NCBI GenBank assembly: GCA_046710875.1
Contig: JBKEHQ010000004.1
Coordinates: 1-38,382, forward strand
Origin: Candidatus Thalassarchaeaceae archaeon
GTDB lineage: Archaea > Thermoplasmatota > Poseidoniia > Poseidoniales > Thalassarchaeaceae
Direction of reading: 5' to 3'
DNA length: 38,382 nt
Below, one piece after another: positions 7,976-17,018 of this stretch. A program made the position numbers and the translations under genes. Position 1 is the first letter of the stretch. The number at the start of each line of letters is the position of its first letter. Under the pieces are notes generated by a model. The model saw nothing but the letters and a program-made list of their open reading frames with translations. It was not told where the DNA came from and searched no databases.

Positions 7976-9490
7976 ATGGCGGGAGTATCTCCAAGTGAAA
8001 ATCTAGATGCAATCCAATATGAGGCTCAAAATTCTGGAGATAAGGAAGTATTGGCAAAATTAAGGTCCGAGGGAAAATTAAATGCTAGGGAAAGAATTAT
8101 TTCTTTACTTGATTCAGATTCTTTTGTAGAAATAGATGCATTTGTAAATCACCGTTCATATGATTATAATTTACATTTACATAAAACGCTTGGTGATGGT
8201 ATTGTTGCAGGGCATGGTATGCTAAATGACAGACGAGTCGTTTGTTTTTCTCAAGATAAATCTATACTTTCTGGATCAATTGGAGAAATGCATGGGAAAA
8301 AAATTGTCAAGATTTTAGAATTTGCTGAAAAATCTCTTCTACCAGTTATTGCAATTTGGGATGGCATAGGTCAAAGGCCTGAAGAGGGCATTAAATCATT
8401 AGGGCCATCTGGAGAAATTCTAAATATATTATCTGCTTGTTCCGGAAGAGTTCCATTGATATCGATAGTTTTAGGTGATGTAACTGGAGTTAGTGCTTTA
8501 GCAGTAGGGTTATCTGATTTCATCATAATGGACATATCTTCAGGAAAAATATCTCTCTCAAATCCCGATTATCCTGAACATACATCCGAGGAAGAAACGG
8601 ATATTATGGATGATATGGAGTCATATGATGCTAGAGGCGGCATTGCATGTTTATTGGCCGAAGATGAAAACACCGCGTTAGATATGGTATCTAAGATAAT
8701 TTCTTATATTCCTGATAATCTGTCTTCTAATCCTATTATGGGAAAAAATGATGATCCATGGAATCGTAAATGCCATTCTTTGGATAAGATAATCAACAAT
8801 GATCAAGAATCACCATATGATGTCAAATCAGTCATATCTCAAGTTACGGATAAAGATAGTTTTTTAGAATTTTTTCCCAATTATGCGTGTAATTTAGTGA
8901 TAGGATTTGCACGTTTAGACGGTTATTCAATCGGTATCGTTGCCAATCAACCTAATGTTTTATCAGGATTCCTCGACGCAAAATCATCCATAAAGGCCGC
9001 TAGATTTATTAGTTTCTGCGATTGCTTCAACGTCCCTATTATTTCATTTGTCGATTCACCAGGCTTTATTCCAGGGGTAATTCAAGAATGGGAAGGGATA
9101 ATTAGGGACAGTGCAAAATTACTTTTTGCGTATTCTGAAGCTACAGTTCCTAAACTATCTGTAATCATGAAAAAAGCATATGGTGAAGCTTATTTAGCCA
9201 TGGGCTGTAAACAACTTGGTTCAGATTATAATGTTTCATGGCCATCGGGAGATATTGCTCTAATGGATTCTAAATGGATTTCCAATACTAAATATGATGA
9301 AGAAATATACGGTTCTGGAGGTGATGAAATGATGAAATTTGATAATCCTTTCTCTGCTGCAAAAAAAGGTTGGCTCGAAGACATTATTGATCCTAGCCTG
9401 ACTCGTGAATATTTAGTAAGAGCATTAAGGGCGTTGTTATCAAAAAGGGAATTTACATTACCCAAAAAACATAGTAATATTCCTCTTTAG
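7976..9490 (+). CDS. Acyl-CoA carboxylase carboxyltransferase (PccB/MmdA-like) subunit, divergent
   Basis: GKLNARERI..LLD..SFVE, GDGIVAGHG, GFARLDG..IGIVANQP, KAARFI.FCD.FNVP and LPKKHSNIPL. The glycine motifs are altered (see findings). Confidence 0.85.
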   Translation: MAGVSPSENLDAIQYEAQNSGDKEVLAKLRSEGKLNARERIISLLDSDSFVEIDAFVNHRSYDYNLHLHKTLGDGIVAGHGMLNDRRVVCFSQDKSILSGSIGEMHGKKIVKILEFAEKSLLPVIAIWDGIGQRPEEGIKSLGPSGEILNILSACSGRVPLISIVLGDVTGVSALAVGLSDFIIMDISSGKISLSNPDYPEHTSEEETDIMDDMESYDARGGIACLLAEDENTALDMVSKIISYIPDNLSSNPIMGKNDDPWNRKCHSLDKIINNDQESPYDVKSVISQVTDKDSFLEFFPNYACNLVIGFARLDGYSIGIVANQPNVLSGFLDAKSSIKAARFISFCDCFNVPIISFVDSPGFIPGVIQEWEGIIRDSAKLLFAYSEATVPKLSVIMKKAYGEAYLAMGCKQLGSDYNVSWPSGDIALMDSKWISNTKYDEEIYGSGGDEMMKFDNPFSAAKKGWLEDIIDPSLTREYLVRALRALLSKREFTLPKKHSNIPL

Positions 9491-10215
9491 GAATTAAATA
9501 ACTCATTTAATACAATTTTAATACTTGGTAAAATTAATTTTTCATTTTTATAAAATATTTCCCAAGCCTTCAATTGCTGGGCAACTAACATAATAATTGC
9601 AAAATCATTTTCAGTTGAGAATTTATTATAAGTGATGGATAATTTATTTTTTATAGAATCTCTATTAATTGGAGATCCAGGATTTTCATCCAGATCTAGA
9701 AAAAAATCTGCCCCAGTGTCTTTGATTATCGATTTATCCCAAGGTCCATTAATTAATTCACGACTTCCTTTAATTATTATTAACTTGCCACCTTCTTTAC
9801 TCCACGAATTTGCAATGGACCTAGCGGAAGAACCCCCTCCCTTTAATTTCAATTTAGAGCCACTTATACTAATTCCCAAATATCTTAATGCATTAACAAA
9901 TCCATCTCCATCAGTATCAATTCCAAATAATTTATCTGAAATTCTCATTATCTGATTAATTGAATTTACTTTAGTATCTGGGCTATTGTCCATCATGGTG
10001 CCAATAGCGTGCTTCAAAGGAGTTGTAATTGATATCCAAATATCTCCTTCTAATCTACTAATTTTATTTTCAAATTCTTCTATATTTTTTACATCAATAA
10101 ATACTATTTTTGGATTAATAATTCCAAGGTGTTTACCTATTATTTTGAAAATCTTGGGAGTCAGTGAATGTTTTATTGGATGACCTGCAATTCCCCAGTA
10201 CTCTGGCATAATCAT
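9487..10215 (-). CDS. aroE: Shikimate dehydrogenase-family protein, compact and divergent
   Basis: GHPIKHSLTP, ITTPLK, IDTDGDGF, GGGSSARS and MLVAQ. Confidence 0.7.
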   Translation of the reverse strand: MIMPEYWGIAGHPIKHSLTPKIFKIIGKHLGIINPKIVFIDVKNIEEFENKISRLEGDIWISITTPLKHAIGTMMDNSPDTKVNSINQIMRISDKLFGIDTDGDGFVNALRYLGISISGSKLKLKGGGSSARSIANSWSKEGGKLIIIKGSRELINGPWDKSIIKDTGADFFLDLDENPGSPINRDSIKNKLSITYNKFSTENDFAIIMLVAQQLKAWEIFYKNEKLILPSIKIVLNELFNS

Positions 10216-10271
10216 ATGCGTGCCAATCGATTATTACCAATGAAGGTTTCAAACAAGGTTAGTTCTACGGA

Positions 10272-11993
10272 ATGGGTATGGACAGCGACTTAGACATTGC
10301 AAGAGCAGCAAAACCTGCCGCGATAGAAGAAATTGCAAAGCAATTAAATTTGGACCGCAGTGACTTGATTTTACAGGGCCCTCACATAGCCAAAATATCC
10401 TGGAAAGCATTACAAAAAAATATTACTAACAAACAAGGTTCATTGGTTCTTGTTACGAGTGTCAATCCCACGCCTTTTGGTGAAGGTAAAACTGTAACAA
10501 CAATTGGGCTTAATCAAGGACTAAATAAACAAGGACATAATGCATGCTGCGTCATTAGAGAACCTTCATTAGGGCCTGTTTTTGGAATTAAAGGTGGAGC
10601 TGCAGGAGGAGGGTTTTCCCAAGTATTGCCAATGGAACAAATTAATCTGCATTTTACTGGAGATTTGCATGCTATAACTTCTGCACATAATTTATGCTCT
10701 GCAATTTTAGATAATTACTTGCACCAAGGAAATCAAATTAAAATTGATACAAATAGGATATTTTGGCCGAGAGTTATAGATATGAATGATAGAAGTTTAC
10801 GAGAAGTAACAATAGGCCTAGGTGGTGCTTCCAATGGACTAGATCGAACAGATCGTTTTGACATCACAGCCGCAAGCGAAGTAATGGCAATATTGTCTTT
10901 ATCATCCGACTATCAAGACTTAAGATTAAGATTAGGGCGAATCATTGTTGCTGAAACAAAAGGTGGAGAACCCGTTACTGCAAATGATATAGGCGCCGCA
11001 GGTGCTATGGGGCTCTTACTTAGGGATGCATTCCTACCAAATTTAGTTCAAACAATAGAAGGAAATCCTGCGTTTGTTCACTGCGGCCCATTTGCAAATA
11101 TTGCGCATGGAAACTCTTCAATAATTGCTGATAAAATAGCATTATCATGTTCAGATTATGTTGTTACCGAAGCAGGATTTGGGGCTGAGATGGGGGCTGA
11201 AAAGGCACTTAATATCAAATCATTAGCATCGGGAATTATCCCTAGTTGTATTGTCTTAAATGTTACTATTAGGAGTATGAAATTACATGGAGGAGGATTT
11301 TCTACAGGGGGGGGCGCTCGGCCCAACAAATCCGAAATAAGCTTAGAAAATATAGATGCAGTCAGAAAAGGCTCTGCTACTAATTTAAGGAGACATATTA
11401 GGAATCTAAAATCTACAAAAATACCCATTATTGTCTCCATAAATAAATTCTCAACGGATACAGTCGGCGAAATAGATGCATTAACTAATGAAGCAAAAAC
11501 GGCAGGAGCTAATGCAGTAGTACTTTTTGAAGGTCACTCCAAAGGAGGCATTGGAGCAATAGATCTTGCAGATGCAGTAGTCGCAGCCTGTAATGACTAC
11601 AAACAAGCTAATAGCCCATATGTCCCTATTGTTGATCCGACTTTAGATGTAAGGCAAAAAATATTGAAAATTGCAACAAATGTATATGGTGCGCAAACAG
11701 TCGATTTTAGTCCTGAAGCCATTAGAACATTAAACACAATAGAAAAATGGAATAAAAACACACTACCTGTCTGCATGGCTAAAAATCAATATTCATTTAG
11801 TCATGATAAGAAAATATTGGGTGCGCCAGATGGATTTATAATGCCAATTAGAGAACTTAGGATAAATGCTGGAGCAGGTTTTATTGTAGCAGTATGTGGT
11901 TCTATGATGACTATGCCAGGACTGCCTTCAAGGCCCGCTGCCCTAGATATGGATATGGATGAAGATGGTAATTTAACAGGCGTATTTGGATAA
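10272..11993 (+). CDS. fhs: Formate--tetrahydrofolate ligase
   Basis: PTPFGEGKT, REPSLGPVFGIKGGAAGGG, INLHFTGD, GPFANIAHGNSS, VTEAGFG and MMTMPGLP. Confidence 0.97.
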   Translation: MGMDSDLDIARAAKPAAIEEIAKQLNLDRSDLILQGPHIAKISWKALQKNITNKQGSLVLVTSVNPTPFGEGKTVTTIGLNQGLNKQGHNACCVIREPSLGPVFGIKGGAAGGGFSQVLPMEQINLHFTGDLHAITSAHNLCSAILDNYLHQGNQIKIDTNRIFWPRVIDMNDRSLREVTIGLGGASNGLDRTDRFDITAASEVMAILSLSSDYQDLRLRLGRIIVAETKGGEPVTANDIGAAGAMGLLLRDAFLPNLVQTIEGNPAFVHCGPFANIAHGNSSIIADKIALSCSDYVVTEAGFGAEMGAEKALNIKSLASGIIPSCIVLNVTIRSMKLHGGGFSTGGGARPNKSEISLENIDAVRKGSATNLRRHIRNLKSTKIPIIVSINKFSTDTVGEIDALTNEAKTAGANAVVLFEGHSKGGIGAIDLADAVVAACNDYKQANSPYVPIVDPTLDVRQKILKIATNVYGAQTVDFSPEAIRTLNTIEKWNKNTLPVCMAKNQYSFSHDKKILGAPDGFIMPIRELRINAGAGFIVAVCGSMMTMPGLPSRPAALDMDMDEDGNLTGVFG

Positions 11994-12003
11994 GTGAATT
12001 AAA

Positions 12004-13062
12004 GTGCGTAAAATTAAAATCCTTGATGAAGGCTTTAGAGTCAGGGTGGATAGTGAAAGTGATCTTTGGACTTTATATCAAATTTGTAGCAATGGCGCTT
12101 ATTTAGGTATGCTCTCAAATCGTAGAGATTCTACGACTGGAACTCAAGAAGATGGAAGGGCAAAGAGTGCCGAGAGAAAACCAATGTGGATTGTTTTGAA
12201 AGTTCTATCTGGGGCATTTCAATCCTTTTCGGAGAATTTGAGAATCCATGGACTTATATCTGAAGCAACAATAGATATCGGAAGCCACCATACTCATATT
12301 ATAATTGTTGGAAGTGAGTTAGAAATAACTAGAGAAGGTGGAATCCCAAATTATGATAGAGATTTACTAAAAGAATCTTTTTCAAATTCAAAAAAAATAA
12401 ATTCTGGATTAATAGTTGTAGAAAATGATGATATTTTAGTATTCGAAGTTACACAACATGGTATGAGAAATATTTCTTCATTTTCAATGAGGGGGGGAGG
12501 GAAAAGATATTCTGATACAACTGAAATTAGGAATAATTTTTTTGTAAAGGTCGCTAAAGAATGTATGTTAATTTTCAACGATCAAATACCCTTGATTATT
12601 TGTGGCCCAGGGCTTGCAAGAGAGTCATTCGAGAAAAGCCTTAGAAATTTAGGTGCAAAAAATGAATGCCTCAATGCCCCAACTTCAATCGGAGGGAGGC
12701 CAGCAGCAAATGAAGTTCTTGCAGAAGGACTAGCAGATACTTTAATAGGAAAAAATGCCTTAATAGGGCAAATTAGGACAATAGAAGAAGGATTGAAAAG
12801 AATCTCTATGGGAGGTAATGTGTGCTTTGGAATTGATGAAATATATGAGGCCTCAAATCTCGGAGCAGTAGAAAAATTGGTGATTAAAGCATCACTTTTA
12901 CGCGAGGGAGATATTGAGGATAATGGGGCATGGGCGTCTATTGTTGATATTATATCAGAGTCAAAAGGCATAGTCATTCAATCTTCAGAAGATCACGACG
13001 CAGGTCAACAATTAACAAGTTTTGGAGGGGCAATAGCCCTTCTTCGTTGGAAATTAACTTGA
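12004..13062 (+). CDS. pelA: mRNA surveillance protein pelota (eRF1-like)
   Basis: DLWTL, ERKPM, LRIHG, GSHHT, GPGLAR, GAVEKL and GQQL.SFGGAIALLRW. Confidence 0.9.
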   Translation: MRKIKILDEGFRVRVDSESDLWTLYQICSNGAYLGMLSNRRDSTTGTQEDGRAKSAERKPMWIVLKVLSGAFQSFSENLRIHGLISEATIDIGSHHTHIIIVGSELEITREGGIPNYDRDLLKESFSNSKKINSGLIVVENDDILVFEVTQHGMRNISSFSMRGGGKRYSDTTEIRNNFFVKVAKECMLIFNDQIPLIICGPGLARESFEKSLRNLGAKNECLNAPTSIGGRPAANEVLAEGLADTLIGKNALIGQIRTIEEGLKRISMGGNVCFGIDEIYEASNLGAVEKLVIKASLLREGDIEDNGAWASIVDIISESKGIVIQSSEDHDAGQQLTSFGGAIALLRWKLT

Positions 13063-13098
13063 GATAAGTCCTTTATCTCTGCAATACTCGTGTGGTAA

Positions 13099-13752
13099 GT
13101 GAACAACACAGTATCAATTGCTAACTTTAGACATCCGGAAGGTACAGATTCAGGTGCATTAGTGTCAAATTATGCAGATTCAATGGGATCTAAAATAATT
13201 AAAATAACTTCTAAATCTCATGAATATTTTCATAATTTTAATTATGGAGATATAGATTGGAGAAAAAATCTTCAAAATATACATTGGTTAATCATTTCCT
13301 CTACTACTGTCCTTGAAGGACTATCTCCGAAAAATGCCTGGGCGGCTTCAATGACTTTTGGAGAATTAGAAGGATCAAAAACCGTGATGATAGTTGACGT
13401 TCCAAAAGATATATCTCTTCTTTCAGAAATGTGGGGCGCTGTTATAGGAAAAATTAGACAAATAAACATCTTATTTATGACAACTGATGCGATAAAATAT
13501 ATTTCAAAATTAGAAAATATTGAAATGAATGATCTATTAAGTAATATAAGAATTAAAGGCATCGTACCAATAGTCTGTACTTATGATGAAAAATCAAAAG
13601 AAGCAATAATCGTACATTCTAGGGGGTCATTGAATGTTACACTTGAAAGTAATATTCCATATCAAAAATGGATTGCTAACTTTCTAAATATGTTGCCACT
13701 GCAAAGTCTCGACAATGAAGGAATATATATCGCGGCTAAATATTCTGATTAA
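13099..13752 (+). CDS. Hypothetical protein with weak PfkB/ribokinase-like core
   Basis: IHWLIISSTT, VMIVDV and INILFMT resemble PfkB strands. No GAGD motif is present. Confidence 0.5.
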   Translation: MNNTVSIANFRHPEGTDSGALVSNYADSMGSKIIKITSKSHEYFHNFNYGDIDWRKNLQNIHWLIISSTTVLEGLSPKNAWAASMTFGELEGSKTVMIVDVPKDISLLSEMWGAVIGKIRQINILFMTTDAIKYISKLENIEMNDLLSNIRIKGIVPIVCTYDEKSKEAIIVHSRGSLNVTLESNIPYQKWIANFLNMLPLQSLDNEGIYIAAKYSD

Positions 13753-13846
13753 TATTGAAATAACAAATTAATTGATATTATTTGAAGTTTTTAGAAAACT
13801 CCTTTTGAAGGGATGGCATTTCCCAAGAGCCCTAGGTGCACCAAGT

Positions 13847-14971
13847 ATGTCATTAAAATTAGGTCCCGCTGGAGTCCCACTTTCTTGTAAAGGTAGGACT
13901 ATCGTGGAAGGAATGGATGATATTACTGTGCTAGGACTTGACGCGATGGAAGTGCAAACCGTAAGGACAGTTCAGCCGCACCATTTTGATCAATATTGGC
14001 AAGCAGGAATCCTGTCATGGAAATCAGATTTTGAGATGAACATGCATGGTCCATACTATGCTGAATTACTGGGCAGTAAAAGAGAAAGAAATCGAACTCT
14101 TTCAAAAATGGAAGCTAGTATGCAGGCAGGAAAATTAGTAAATGCTAGGCATATTACCTACCATGTTGGCCCATATGGAGATTATGAGCCAGGAGGAAAA
14201 GCTAATGAAGAACTAGTGAATATATTTTCAGGAGTTGTTGACAGAGTACGTAGTATATGGGGTGATGAAAAAGAAGAAGAAGAATATTCTGCGTTCCCCT
14301 GGGTCCACGAAGCAGAACCATCTTTAGTTGGGATTGAAACATCTGGAAGGCAGGAATTATGGGGTACTGTAGAAGAAGTTCTAGAAGTATGTAATCACGT
14401 TGAAGGGACAGTCCCAGTTCTTAATATGGCTCACATACATGCCAGAGGACATGGCAGAATGAGGACAAGTGAGGATTATGCAGAATTATTTGACCAAGTA
14501 AGAGAAAATTATGGCGGGTCAAAATTTTATTGTCATTTCGCAGGTGTTGAACACAGAATGGGGAATGCACTACATTATACTCAGATTAAAAAATCGGATT
14601 TAAAATTTGAACCCTTTGCAGAATTTCTAGCAGAAGAAGGAGATTGGATGGATATTACTATAATTTCTGACTCTCCGTTGCTTGAGCACGACGCTATGTA
14701 TATGTTACAGCATTATGATAAGGCAAGGCAGAGATTATTGGAAATAAGGGCAAGAGATGAGCGTAAATTAAGACTCGCGACTCACCATGGGCTTGATCCA
14801 GAATCACTGGAAATGGATGAGCAAGAAATTTTAATACCGAAAGTTTCAGATGTAGAGTCTAAAAATAAACCTACAAACGATATTTCAACTATAAAGCCTA
14901 AGAAAACTAGTAATAAGGCCAATGATATGATTTCATTTGAAGAGAAAAATGATGACGATGACATTTTTTAA
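13847..14971 (+). CDS. Endonuclease IV / xylose-isomerase-like TIM-barrel protein with long acidic C-terminal tail
   Basis: LGPAGVP, GLDAMEV, HGPYY, YHVG, GIETSG...GTVEE, AHIHAR, HFAG and ISDSPLLEHDA. ATG at 13847 preferred. Confidence 0.8.
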   Translation: MSLKLGPAGVPLSCKGRTIVEGMDDITVLGLDAMEVQTVRTVQPHHFDQYWQAGILSWKSDFEMNMHGPYYAELLGSKRERNRTLSKMEASMQAGKLVNARHITYHVGPYGDYEPGGKANEELVNIFSGVVDRVRSIWGDEKEEEEYSAFPWVHEAEPSLVGIETSGRQELWGTVEEVLEVCNHVEGTVPVLNMAHIHARGHGRMRTSEDYAELFDQVRENYGGSKFYCHFAGVEHRMGNALHYTQIKKSDLKFEPFAEFLAEEGDWMDITIISDSPLLEHDAMYMLQHYDKARQRLLEIRARDERKLRLATHHGLDPESLEMDEQEILIPKVSDVESKNKPTNDISTIKPKKTSNKANDMISFEEKNDDDDIF

Positions 14972-14980
14972 GTCTATTCT

Positions 14981-14995
14981 TGGAAGGTTTGAAGT
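14981..14995 (+). promoter_or_regulatory. Putative BRE/TATA-like promoter of tRNA-Phe
   Basis: GGAAGG-TTTGAAGT about 33 nt upstream of the tRNA. A similar GAAGGTTTCAAA precedes fhs. Confidence 0.35.
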
Positions 14996-15020
14996 CTTAC
15001 TTGTCTTAGGAACGGAATAA

Positions 15021-15096
15021 GGGACTGTAGCTCAGTTGGGAGAGCGCCGCACTGAAGATGCGGAGGCCGCCGGTTCAAGTCCGGCCAGTCCCACCA
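15021..15096 (+). tRNA. tRNA-Phe(GAA), encoded CCA
   Basis: GGGACTG/CAGTCCC-ACCA acceptor; CCGCA-CTGAAGA-TGCGG anticodon arm; GCCGG-TTCAAGT-CCGGC T arm. Confidence 0.97.
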
Positions 15097-15106
15097 TTAA
15101 TGCTAG

Positions 15107-15931
15107 TTATTCAGAAGATAAAATTTCCTTTTGAAGTACGTGTAATTGAATAATTGCAGAAGTTGCCGAATCCAGTAAATCATCTAATTGCGCCCTGGAG
15201 TAAGTAGCTTCTTCACCTGTTCCTTGAACTTCAACAAATTCTCCATCACTTGTCATGACTACATTCATATCTACATCAGCGTTACTATCTAATATGTAAT
15301 CCAGATCTGTCCAGATTTGACCATCTACTATTCCTACACTAATTGCTGCAACATCATTGACGATAACGGTATTCTCATGTTTGATTTTTTCTTCATCAGA
15401 CAACAAAGGGGCGCTCCACCCATTCTTCAAATCTTCTTTAGTAGCTCTCAATTCCATTGGCAAACAGTCTCCAGATGAAATAAGCCTTCTTACTGCGAGC
15501 CGCATTGCTATGCAAGCCGCAGTAATTGAGGCACATCTTGTTCCTCCGTCAGCGTTGAGCACATCGCAATCAATTGTCAATGCAATTGGCCCTAATGCTT
15601 CTAAATCTATAGCTCCCCTTAGGGACCTTGCAACTAATCTTTCTATTTCCTGAGTTCTGCCTTTTGCTCCGCCCCTCTCTCTTCTAAATCTAGTATTTGT
15701 AGATCCTGGCAATAATGAATATTCTGCATGTACCCATCCTTTTTGAGAATCTCTTGGAAACCACCTAGGCAAAGACGGCGCCTTTGTGACACAGACCAAT
15801 ATCGTTGTATTTCCCTGAGTATAAAGTACGGATGAAAGGGCATTAGGAGTAAAGTCCAATTCTACTTTTATTTTTCTAATTTCATTCGTGCCTCTTGCGG
15901 CATTGATGCCGCCACCCTTCGCCTTTACCAT
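15107..15931 (-). CDS. rph: Ribonuclease PH (bacterial type)
   Basis: GWVHAEYSLLPGST, RRER, GRTQEIERLVARSLR, IDCDVLNADGGTRCASIT, DLDY..DSNADVDMNVVMT and EVQGTGE. Confidence 0.9.
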   Translation of the reverse strand: MVKAKGGGINAARGTNEIRKIKVELDFTPNALSSVLYTQGNTTILVCVTKAPSLPRWFPRDSQKGWVHAEYSLLPGSTNTRFRRERGGAKGRTQEIERLVARSLRGAIDLEALGPIALTIDCDVLNADGGTRCASITAACIAMRLAVRRLISSGDCLPMELRATKEDLKNGWSAPLLSDEEKIKHENTVIVNDVAAISVGIVDGQIWTDLDYILDSNADVDMNVVMTSDGEFVEVQGTGEEATYSRAQLDDLLDSATSAIIQLHVLQKEILSSE

Positions 15932-15994
15932 GCCATCCCGTTGGCATATATCTCATGAATCATTCGTGTCAATAATTTAATTTTATTTGATATT

Positions 15995-16396
15995 TTATGT
16001 ATCATTTTTATTAAATGGAGGCCAATTACCTATGTAAAGAGCCATAAAAATTAATATTATTTGCATGCAAAGTCTTACAAAATGTTCCAAATTATTGAAT
16101 TTTTCTCCCCCTATTGGAATATCATTGATCCACATGTTTAAATTGGCTAAGTAAAGAATAACCAACAATAAAACTATTCCAAGAGATGCAATTTTTCTAT
16201 GTTCCTTCGATAATATTAAAATTCCAAGTAAAATTTCAAATATTCCGGATAAATATATCCAAAAACTAGGTCTACCTAATATTTCAGGAACGATCGGCTC
16301 GAACCATTTAGTATCTAAAAAATGATTTATTCCAACTCCTACGAACATTAAGCTAAAAATTATAGTAATGCAAATTCTAAAATTTAACATAAACAT
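15995..16396 (-). CDS. DoxX-like small membrane protein
   Basis: GINHF, IVP, LSGIFEILLG, ANLNM and RLCMQ in a 4-TM protein. It abuts the mog stop codon. Confidence 0.7.
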   Translation of the reverse strand: MFMLNFRICITIIFSLMFVGVGINHFLDTKWFEPIVPEILGRPSFWIYLSGIFEILLGILILSKEHRKIASLGIVLLLVILYLANLNMWINDIPIGGEKFNNLEHFVRLCMQIILIFMALYIGNWPPFNKNDT

Positions 16397-16945
16397 TCAC
16401 TTATTTTTTTTTGAAGGCCTGAATGTTTGAATAATATTAGGATTTGTAGTTATGTAGGGCCCGCCTAATAAATCTACACAATACGGCACGCTGGTAAAAA
16501 TTATATCCAAAATTTCTCTAATTGATCTCGGGGATCCTGGCAAATTGATAATCAGGCACTTACCCCTTATTCCTGCCACTTGTCTAGAAAGTATTGCAGT
16601 AGGGACGTATTGTAATGATATATTCCTCATTTGTTCTCCAAAACCTGGAAGAATTTTATCGCAAATATTTATAGTTGCCTCAGGAGTTACATCTCTCGCC
16701 GAAGGGCCAGTCCCTCCAGTTGTTATTATCACATCACAATTCTGATGATCAATTAAATCAATTAGTGAACTTTCAATTTCGCCTTGAATGTCTGGAACTA
16801 ATTTTCTAGTGATATTGAATGGAGATGTCAAACATTTCTCTAAGAACTCCTCAATTGCAGGTCCACTTTCATCAAGATATTCCCCTTGACTGGCCCTATC
16901 TGATGCGGTCAAAACTCCAAATCGACAGAGCCCATGATCTTTCAT
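16397..16945 (-). CDS. mog: Molybdopterin adenylyltransferase
   Basis: SDRASQGEYLDESG, TTGGTGPSARDVTPEAT, LPGFGEQMR, AILSRQ, NLPGSP and VPYCVDL. The start is either ATG 16945 or GTG 16960. Confidence 0.93.
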   Translation of the reverse strand: MKDHGLCRFGVLTASDRASQGEYLDESGPAIEEFLEKCLTSPFNITRKLVPDIQGEIESSLIDLIDHQNCDVIITTGGTGPSARDVTPEATINICDKILPGFGEQMRNISLQYVPTAILSRQVAGIRGKCLIINLPGSPRSIREILDIIFTSVPYCVDLLGGPYITTNPNIIQTFRPSKKNK

Positions 16946-17018
16946 GTCATAATCACACAACCTATCCTAGAAAACTACGCCGGTCATTTTTAGATATTAT
17001 CTAGGGACATATTCAAAG

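Noticed and set aside
11307-11314. G8 homopolymer in fhs (also G7 at 12491 in pelota) as a phase-variation or frameshift site
   Set aside because: Both reading frames are intact and encode Gly-rich loops, with no evidence of slippage.
15021-17000. Integrated mobile element at tRNA-Phe
   Set aside because: No integrase or transposase and no duplicated tRNA 3' end were seen in the window.
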